From assembly GCA_964556455.1 (NCBI GenBank), contig CAZKWI010000003.1, positions 1 through 47,189 on the forward strand: DNA of 47,189 bases. The letters are read 5' to 3'. A program made the translations under genes and the position numbers. Within the stretch, counting starts at the first letter, position 1. Each line of letters begins with the position of its first letter. Shown piece by piece: positions 37,400-47,189 of this stretch. Under the pieces are notes generated by a model. That model was not told where the DNA came from. It saw only the letters and a program-made list of their open reading frames with translations, and ran no database searches. This DNA is from an uncultured Planctomycetia bacterium (GTDB lineage Bacteria; Omnitrophota; Gorgyraeia; JABMRJ01).

Positions 37400-40300
37400 A
37401 TGCCGAAACGCACTGACATAAAAAAGATCCTGATAATAGGCTCCGGGCCTATCGTTATAAGCCAGGCGTGCGAGTTCGACTATTCCGGCACCCAGGCCTG
37501 TAAGGCACTGAGGGAAGAAGGCTTTGAAGTGGTCCTAGTGAATTCGAATCCGGCCACTATAATGACGGATCCCGAAATGGCGGATGTCACTTACATCGAG
37601 CCTATAACGCCCGATGTACTGGAGAAGATCATCGCCAAAGAGAGGCCTGACGCGCTCCTGCCGACACTTGGCGGCCAGACAGGCCTGAACAACGCCATGA
37701 AGATCACCGAGAACGGCGTGCTCGATAAATATAATGTCAAGATGATAGGCGCCGACTACGAGGCCATAAAAAAGGCCGAAGACAGAGACGATTTCAAGAA
37801 GGCTATGAAGAAGATAGGCCTCGATCTTCCAAAAAGCGGCCTGGCGTATAATACCGAAGAGGCCAAAAAGGTCCTTGAAGAAATAGGCCTTCCGGTTATC
37901 ATAAGACCCAGCTTTACCCTCGGAGGAACGGGCGGAGGGATCGCTAGTACAAAGAAAGAGTTTGATGCGATAGTGGATCTTGGATTAAAGAACAGCATGA
38001 TAAGCGAGATCCTGATAGAGGAGTCCATAGTCGGCTGGAAAGAATATGAACTTGAGGTGATGAGGGACAAGAACGACAATGTCGTTATAATCTGCTCCAT
38101 AGAGAACCTGGACCCCATGGGCATACATACGGGAGATTCGATAACCGTCGCACCCGCCCAGACGCTGACCGATAAAGAGTACCAGAAGATGAGGGACGCG
38201 TCTCTGGCCATAATAAGAGAGATAGGGGTCGAGACCGGCGGGTCCAATATACAATTTGCCGTGGATCCAAAAGACGGCAGGATGGTGGTCATAGAGATGA
38301 ACCCGAGGGTCTCGAGAAGTTCAGCCCTGGCAAGTAAGGCTACGGGTTTTCCTATTGCTAAATTCGCCGCCAAACTCGCCGTAGGATATACACTCGATGA
38401 GATACAGAACGATATAACAAAAGAGACGCCTGCCTCATTTGAGCCCACGATCGATTACTGCGTCGTGAAGATACCGAGGTTCACCTTCGAGAAGTTCCCC
38501 GAGGCAAAAGACATATTGGGCATTTCCATGAAGTCTGTAGGAGAGACCATGGCTATCGGCAGGACCTTTAAGGAGGCTCTTCAGAAGGGCCTGCGCGGCC
38601 TGGAGATAGGACATACAGGCCTTGATAACAAGAAATCTTTTAAGGATATCCCCGAAGAGAAGATGGAGCTGAGGCTGAAAGAGCCTAACGCCTCGAGGGT
38701 ATTCTACGTAAAATACGCATTGCAGCAAGGTTATTCCTCCGAAAAGATATTCGAGCTTACAAAGATAGACCCGTGGTTCATCGAGAATATCCGCCAGATC
38801 GCGGAACTCGAAAAAGAGCTGAAGGGGTCTAAAAAGAAGCTGTCCACCGAATTACTGCTTAAGGCAAAGCAGTACGGTTTCAGTGACAAACAGATAGCAG
38901 GTTTTACAGGTTCGGATGAATTGTCGGTCAGGAAACTCAGGGCCTCGAAATGCGTGGACGTCACTTACAAGCTGGTCGATACATGTGCCGCTGAATTCGA
39001 GGCGTACACGCCTTACTACTATTCGACCTATGAAACGGAGTGCGAAGCCAGGCCTACGGAAAAGAAGAAGATCATGATACTGGGCGGAGGTCCAAACAGG
39101 ATAGGGCAGGGTATAGAGTTCGATTACTGCTGCTGCCATGCCTCTTTCGCGCTCAAAGAGCTGGGGTATGAGACCATCATGGTCAATTCCAACCCAGAGA
39201 CGGTATCTACCGATTACGACACATCCGATAAGCTCTATTTCGAGCCGCTCACATTTGAAGATGTTATGAATATCGTCGATAAAGAAAAGCCGCACGGTAT
39301 CATAGTGCAATTCGGCGGACAGACGCCGCTCAACCTCGCGAGATGGCTCAGCAGGGCAGGCGCCCCCATAATAGGCACCAGTGTAGATTCCATAGACATG
39401 GCCGAAGACAGGGATAAGTTCGCGAAGATGGTGAAGAAGCTTAATATAAACCAGCCGGAGAACGGCTCGGCCAAGAGCAGAAATGAGGCGGAAGAGATCG
39501 CCAAAAGAATAGGCTATCCAGTGCTTATGAGGCCTTCATACGTACTGGGCGGCAGGGCGATGAAGATAGTATACAGCGATAAGCAGCTGAACTTTTTTTT
39601 GAAAGAGGCGATAGATGTATCTGAAGAGCACCCCATACTCATAGATAAATTCCTGGAAGGCGCTATCGAAGTGGATGTCGATGCGATCTCAGACGGCGAG
39701 AGGACCATCATAGGCGGTATAATGGAGCATATAGAGAGCGCCGGGATCCATTCGGGCGACTCAGCCTGTGTGCTTCCTCCGCATACGTTAAACGACGATG
39801 TGATAGAGACGATCAAGTCACACACATACGCACTCTCAAAAGAATTGATGGTCAAGGGGCTCCTGAATATACAGTTCGCTGTAAAGGGGGACGATGTCTA
39901 TGTGCTGGAGGTGAATCCCAGGGCGTCCAGGACCGTACCTTTCGTAAGCAAAGCAACAGGTATCCCGCTTGCCAAGATAGCAGCGAAGGTCATGGCCGGA
40001 AAGACCCTCCAGGAGCTGGGTTTCACGGAACAAAGACAAGTAGAACATTTTTCGGTGAAAGAATCCGTGCTCCCGTTCTCCAGGTTCTCCGGGGTGGACA
40101 TAATACTTGGCCCCGAGATGAAATCGACCGGTGAAGTGATGGGCGTGGACAGGTCATTCGGGGTCGCTTATTATAAGTCACAGATAGCCGCGGGGCAGAT
40201 GCTGCCCGACGAAGGCATGGTCTTTATAAGCGTCAAGAACAGTGATAAGCGCGAGATAGTCTTTATCGCCAAGAAACTCTGCGATATGGGATTTAAGATA

Positions 40301-40594
40301 TGTGCCACCAAGGGGACCGACAAGGTCCTCAGGTCGAACGGCATCGACTCGGAACTCGTAGGCAAGATAGGCGAAGGGCGGAAAGAGATATCGAACCTCA
40401 TAAAAAAAGGCCAGGTGCATCTTATCATAAATACACCTTCAGGCCCCAGAGGGCAGAAGGACGCGAACCCCATAAGGAGCATGGCTGTCCTTCAGGGGAT
40501 ACCGTGTATTACTACGATCCAGGGTGCCCAGGCCGCGGTGAACGGGATAGAGAGCATAAGGAAGAAAGACTTCGAGGTATGGTCAATACAGCAA

Positions 40595-40624
<30 letters not shown>
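37400..40624 (+). CDS. carB: Carbamoyl-phosphate synthase large subunit, copy 1
   Basis: [30 protein letters not shown] start at ATG 37400; two ATP-grasp halves and MGS domain. Confidence 0.97.
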
Positions 40625-42262
<1,638 letters not shown>

Positions 42263-42378
42263 AAATAAAAGTTCTTTAATAAAAGACTATTATGTTGTAT
42301 AATGCCTGAAAATCAGGCAGACCCAAAGTAAGTCCTGCAAGCCTGCATTACAATTGACCAACAGAAAGGTGGAATAAC

Positions 42379-45300
42379 ATGCCAAGAAGAAATGATATCC
42401 ATAAGGTTTTGATCATCGGTTCGGGCCCTATTATAATCGGACAGGCCTGCGAATTTGATTATTCGGGTACACAGGCATGCAAGGCACTTAAAGAGGAAGG
42501 CTATGAGGTCGTCCTCGTAAATTCCAACCCTGCAACGATCATGACCGATCCGGGTATGGCGGACAAGACCTACCTCGAGCCGCTTACCCTGGAGAGCGTT
42601 ACGAAGATAATCGAAAGAGAGAGGCCAGACGCACTCCTTCCGAATTTAGGCGGCCAGACAGGCTTGAATCTTGCCTCCAGCCTTCATAAATCCGGCATAC
42701 TTAAGAAATACGACGTAGATATCATAGGCGTTAAAGCCGATGCGATCGAGCGCGGAGAGGACCGTATCGCTTTTAAAGAGACCATGAAGAAGCTCGATAT
42801 CCCCATGCCGAAGTCAGCGCCATGCCACTCTGTAGAAGAGGCCGAAAAGATAGTGGAGCTTATCGGATATCCTGTAGTGTTGAGGCCTGCATATACCATG
42901 GGCGGCACAGGCGGAGGAATAGCCTATAATATAGATGAACTGAGGACCATTGTAAGTAGGGGGCTTTCAGTCAGCATAGTCCACCAGGTCCTGGTGGAAG
43001 AGGCGGTTATTGGATGGGAGGAATTAGAGCTTGAGGTAGTAAGAGATGAAAAGAACCAGAAGATAACGGTCTGCTTTATAGAGAATATAGACGCTATGGG
43101 GGTCCATACGGGCGACAGTTTCTGCTCAGCACCCATGCTTACGGTCCCTGAAGCGCTGCAGAAGCGGATGCAGGAGATGTGCTACAGGATCGTTGACGCC
43201 ATAGGCGTAGTAGGCGGGACTAATATCCAGTTCGCGCATAACCTGAAGGATGACAGACTTGTCGTTATAGAAATAAACCCGCGAACTTCACGTTCATCGG
43301 CGTTGGCTTCCAAAGCAACAGGATTCCCGATAGCGCGCATTTCAACAAAACTCGCTGCGGGGATAACGATGGACGAGATGCCTTACTGGAGAAAGGGCAC
43401 GCTGGATAAGTACGAGCCGTGGGGCGATTATGTAGTCATTAAATTCGCCAGGTGGGCGTTTGAGAAGTTCCCGGGCGCAAAAGATGTCCTTGGAACGCAG
43501 ATGAGGGCCGTAGGAGAGGTTATGAGCATAGGAAAGACCTTTAAAGAGGCCTTCCAGAAAGCCCTGCGTTCCCTTGAGATAAAGAGATACGGTCCCGGCA
43601 ACGCTAAGAATTTCAGAGACCTTTCTGTCGATGAGCTCAAGAAAAGGCTCTCCATGCCTTCCAGCGAACGCATCTTTTTGATGTACGAGAGCTTACGGAA
43701 GAGGATGACGACAGAAGAGCTTTACAACCTCACCTATATCGGCCGTTATTTTATAAACCAGATGAAGGAGCTCGTAGAATACGAAGAAGAGCTTCTCAGG
43801 TCCGCATGGCCGGATCTTGCGAACGATAAGCTGGCCAAGGCCAAAGAATGGGGTTTTTCAGACCGCTATCTCGCAGATCTTTTCAAGGTGGAAGAGAAGG
43901 ACGTGCGTGAAAGGCGTATCGCTATAGGAAAACACGGCAGGTTCGAGGCCGTGCCTGTAAGCGGTGTCGAGAATGCGGCGTATTATTACTCCACTTATAT
44001 AGCCGAAGATTCAGTCCCCGTATCACCGAATAAAAAGATCATGATACTGGGCGGAGGACCTAACAGAATAGGACAGGGGATCGAATTCGATTATACCTGC
44101 GTCCACGCGGCGTTCGCATTGAGGGACGAGGGCTTTGAATCTATCATGGTCAACTGCAACCCTGAGACGGTATCCACGGATTATGACACCTCGAATAAGC
44201 TCTATTTCGAGCCTCTTACGATCGAAGATGTGCTTACGATCCATGAAAAAGAAAAGCCGGAAGGCGCTATAGTCCAGTTCGGAGGCCAGACGCCACTCAA
44301 TTTAGCGAAAGAACTGAAGGAAAACGGCATTAAGATATTGGGAACCAGCCCTGAAAGCATACACCTGGCCGAAGACAGGGAGCGTTTCCGCGAAAAGATG
44401 ATAAACCTGGGGGTTCCGCAGGCGGAGAGCGGCACCGCGCGCTCTCTTGAGGAGGCCATTAAGATAGCCGAAAACATAGGGTATCCTCTTATGGTGCGAC
44501 CGTCATATGTGCTAGGCGGCCGCGGCATGGAGGTCATTTATGATACAGAGATGCTCTTGAGATATGGCAGAGAGGCTATCGATGTAAGCCCAGAGCACCC
44601 TATGCTTATAGACAGGTTCCTCGAGCATGCAACAGAGCTTGAGGTTGACGCGCTCTCGGACGGACAGGATACATTTGTTGCTTCCGTCATGGAGCATATA
44701 GAGCTTGCGGGGGTGCATTCCGGTGATTCGGCATGCGCGATACCTACGATGACCGTCAAAAAAGAACACCTTGAGCTGATCGAGGAATACACAGCCAAGA
44801 TAGCAAAAGAACTCAAGGTTATAGGGCTTATGAATATACAGTATGCGATATGCGACAATAAGGTATATATCCTCGAGGCCAACCCAAGGGCATCACGAAC
44901 AGTGCCGCTCGTTTCCAAAATAACAGGGGTACCTATAGCCCGCATAGCTACGCAGCTGATGCTGGGCAAGAAGGTAAAGGACTTCCCGGAACTGAAGAAG
45001 TACGACCTGCCTTATGTCGGTGTTAAAGAAGCGGTCTTTCCCTTTAACATGTTCCCCGAGGTCGACCCGCTCTTAGGCCCGGAGATGAGGGCAACGGGCG
45101 AGGTTATGGGCATAGCCAATACATTCGACCTGGCGTTCTACAAAGCCCAGGAGGCGGCGGGGACAAAGCTGCCTTTAAGCGGGAGTGTTCTTCTTACGGT
45201 AGCGGATAAAGACAAGCCGGAACTCCTCCCAATAGCGAAGGAGATCAGTGATCTGGGATTGAAGATATACGCGACGGCAAACACCGCGCGGCACCTGAAG

Positions 45301-45621
45301 AATCACGGTGTCGAAAGCCAGCTGATAAATAAGCTGCATGAAGGCAGGCCCAATATAGCCGACGCGATAAAGAATAACGAGATAAATCTCATTATTAACA
45401 CTCCTGTCGGACGCTACAGCAAGTTCGACGACAGCTATATCAGGATGAAGGCTATACAGCACAAGATCCCATATATCACGTCTATGGCAGCGGCAGGCGC
45501 CAGCGTGAAAGGGATAAAGGCTATGAAGGCATCCACTGTTTCGCCGAAACCTTTACAGGAGTATTACAGCGACAGACAACAGCCGCCATCAGAGAGGTTG
45601 AATGCAGAAAATAGGATTTGA
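42379..45621 (+). CDS. carB: Carbamoyl-phosphate synthase large subunit, copy 2 (divergent paralog)
   Basis: [60 protein letters not shown] domain; GAAAGGTGG RBS. Confidence 0.96.
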   Translation: MPRRNDIHKVLIIGSGPIIIGQACEFDYSGTQACKALKEEGYEVVLVNSNPATIMTDPGMADKTYLEPLTLESVTKIIERERPDALLPNLGGQTGLNLASSLHKSGILKKYDVDIIGVKADAIERGEDRIAFKETMKKLDIPMPKSAPCHSVEEAEKIVELIGYPVVLRPAYTMGGTGGGIAYNIDELRTIVSRGLSVSIVHQVLVEEAVIGWEELELEVVRDEKNQKITVCFIENIDAMGVHTGDSFCSAPMLTVPEALQKRMQEMCYRIVDAIGVVGGTNIQFAHNLKDDRLVVIEINPRTSRSSALASKATGFPIARISTKLAAGITMDEMPYWRKGTLDKYEPWGDYVVIKFARWAFEKFPGAKDVLGTQMRAVGEVMSIGKTFKEAFQKALRSLEIKRYGPGNAKNFRDLSVDELKKRLSMPSSERIFLMYESLRKRMTTEELYNLTYIGRYFINQMKELVEYEEELLRSAWPDLANDKLAKAKEWGFSDRYLADLFKVEEKDVRERRIAIGKHGRFEAVPVSGVENAAYYYSTYIAEDSVPVSPNKKIMILGGGPNRIGQGIEFDYTCVHAAFALRDEGFESIMVNCNPETVSTDYDTSNKLYFEPLTIEDVLTIHEKEKPEGAIVQFGGQTPLNLAKELKENGIKILGTSPESIHLAEDRERFREKMINLGVPQAESGTARSLEEAIKIAENIGYPLMVRPSYVLGGRGMEVIYDTEMLLRYGREAIDVSPEHPMLIDRFLEHATELEVDALSDGQDTFVASVMEHIELAGVHSGDSACAIPTMTVKKEHLELIEEYTAKIAKELKVIGLMNIQYAICDNKVYILEANPRASRTVPLVSKITGVPIARIATQLMLGKKVKDFPELKKYDLPYVGVKEAVFPFNMFPEVDPLLGPEMRATGEVMGIANTFDLAFYKAQEAAGTKLPLSGSVLLTVADKDKPELLPIAKEISDLGLKIYATANTARHLKNHGVESQLINKLHEGRPNIADAIKNNEINLIINTPVGRYSKFDDSYIRMKAIQHKIPYITSMAAAGASVKGIKAMKASTVSPKPLQEYYSDRQQPPSERLNAENRI

Positions 45622-47116
45622 CAACGAGAAGTATCTGAAAGAGCAGTCCGAGGCGATACTCGAGAGGGTAGGGAAGTTTGAGAATAAGCTATACCTTGAG
45701 TTTGGCGGAAAGATGATATTCGATTACCATGCATCGCGTGTCCTGCCGGGGTTTGATCCTAACGTAAAGATGAGGCTCCTGCAGAGGCTGAAGGATGATG
45801 CCGATATCATACTCTGTATATACGCCGGGGACATAGAGCGCAGGAAGATCAGGGCGGACTTCGGCATCACCTACGATGTTGACGCGATGAAGCTCATCGA
45901 CGACCTCCGCGGATGGGGCCTGTATGTGAAGGCGGTGGTGATCACAAGGTATGCGGAGCAGCCTGCTGCCTCTATCTTCAAGAATAAGCTCGAGCGCCGC
46001 GGCATAAAGGTGTATACGCACAAATTCACAAAAGGCTATCCGACGAACGTCGATGTTATAGTGAGCGATGAAGGATACGGCGCGAATGAATACATAGAGA
46101 CCAAAAAGAAACTCATCGTGGTTACAGCACCCGGCCCGGGCAGCGGCAAGCTAGCGACATGCCTGTCACAACTCTATCATGATTATAAAAAGGGGCAGAA
46201 ATCCGGCTACGCGAAATTCGAGACATTCCCTATATGGAGCATCCCGCTCAAACACCCGGTGAATGTGGCTTATGAGGCTGCGACAGCGGATCTCAGGGAC
46301 TTTAACCTAGTGGACCCCTTCCATCTTGAGGCGTACAGTAAAGAGTCCATCAATTACAACCGCGACGTCGAGGTCTTCCCGGTCTTAAAAAGAATATTGG
46401 AGAAGATCACTGGCACCGAGTCTATGTACAGATCACCCACGGATATGGGCGTTAACAGAGCCGGCTTCGGTATAGTGGACAATGAAGTGGTCAGGGAGGC
46501 CGGAAAACAGGAGATAATAAGAAGGTACTTCAGGGCGGCATGTGAATATACCCTCGGGTTTGTCGATAAGGGGACGGTGGAGAGGGTGGAGCTCCTTTTG
46601 GAAGAGCTCGCCATAAAAAAAGTGGACAGGTCCGTAGTCATTCCGGCAAGAAAAGCCGCGGAAGAAGCCGAGACGAAGAAGAAAGGCAACGAGGGTGTCT
46701 ATTGCGGAAGCGCTTTAGAGCTTAAAGACGGTTCTATAATTACCGGCAAGAACTCTCCGCTCATGCATGCGGCGCCAAGCCTGATCTTGAACGCCATTAA
46801 AGAGCTAGCTAGTATACCCGACAATATACATCTTCTGGCGCCTAATATAATAGAGTCTATCGCCGGCCTCAAAGAGAACGTCCTTAAGCGCAAGACCGTA
46901 AGCCTCGACCTGGAAGAGGCACTGATAGCCCTCAGTATAAGCGCGGCTACCAACCCGACAGCCAAGGTAGCCATGGAGAAGCTTAAAGACCTCAAAGGCT
47001 GTGATGTCCACATCACACACATGCCCCCTCCTGGCGATGAAGCGGGCTTAAGAAGGCTGGGCGTGAACCTTACGAGCGACCCACATTTCGTCACCAAGAG
47101 CCTGTTTGAACTCTAG
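45602..47116 (+). CDS. DUF1846 / UPF0371 family protein
   Basis: [81 protein letters not shown]; overlaps the carB2 stop. Confidence 0.9.
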   Translation: MQKIGFDNEKYLKEQSEAILERVGKFENKLYLEFGGKMIFDYHASRVLPGFDPNVKMRLLQRLKDDADIILCIYAGDIERRKIRADFGITYDVDAMKLIDDLRGWGLYVKAVVITRYAEQPAASIFKNKLERRGIKVYTHKFTKGYPTNVDVIVSDEGYGANEYIETKKKLIVVTAPGPGSGKLATCLSQLYHDYKKGQKSGYAKFETFPIWSIPLKHPVNVAYEAATADLRDFNLVDPFHLEAYSKESINYNRDVEVFPVLKRILEKITGTESMYRSPTDMGVNRAGFGIVDNEVVREAGKQEIIRRYFRAACEYTLGFVDKGTVERVELLLEELAIKKVDRSVVIPARKAAEEAETKKKGNEGVYCGSALELKDGSIITGKNSPLMHAAPSLILNAIKELASIPDNIHLLAPNIIESIAGLKENVLKRKTVSLDLEEALIALSISAATNPTAKVAMEKLKDLKGCDVHITHMPPPGDEAGLRRLGVNLTSDPHFVTKSLFEL

Positions 47117-47189
47117 GGGACACCTCTGAGATTGATTCTGGGACAGGTGTAAATGCTCATTAATTCGGTAACTCTTTTGGTGTATAATA

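Noticed and set aside
42303-42350. Hairpin TGCCTGA-AAA-TCAGGCA upstream of carB2 as a riboswitch or PyrR attenuator
   Set aside because: It overlaps the putative -10/start region, has no T-tract terminator, and I see no recognisable aptamer or PyrR-loop consensus
46637-46663. GTCATTCCGGC...GCCGCGGAA resembling family A
   Set aside because: Weak pairing, no GNAA cap or second hairpin, and it reads as normal DUF1846 coding sequence

Overview
This is a bacterial, gene-dense housekeeping region. LptFG and outer-membrane beta-barrel genes indicate a diderm host; gene content is compatible with a PVC-group organism such as Omnitrophota, but that is inference only. In order it contains: (1) a PTS/central carbon/SAM-cycle operon (EIIA, yvcK, HPr, EI, PGI/PMI, NTP-transferase, metK, ahcY, pfkA, class II aldolase); (2) minus-strand comF-lptF-lptG; (3) an ArnT-like GT-glgC-hflKC-tal-glgA-GH57 cluster; (4) two exported proteins; (5) a nitrogen-assimilation operon (TorF-like porin, amt, PII, glnA, stand-alone Fis/NtrC-type HTH, gltB, gltD); and (6) a CBM-like protein, GAF-ANTAR, carA, carB, pyrG, a second carB and DUF1846. 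The most notable signals are non-coding. The leader of the nitrogen operon carries two tandem terminators overlapped by ANTAR-type hairpins and an NtrC-box-like palindrome, and candidate cognate regulators are in the window. A 181-bp fold-back element with TIRs and a TAA duplication lies between divergent promoters. Two families of ~55-60 bp double-hairpin repeats have entered coding sequence (in-frame in gltB, at the start and at the end of carB). No rRNA, tRNA, CRISPR array or transposase was recognised.
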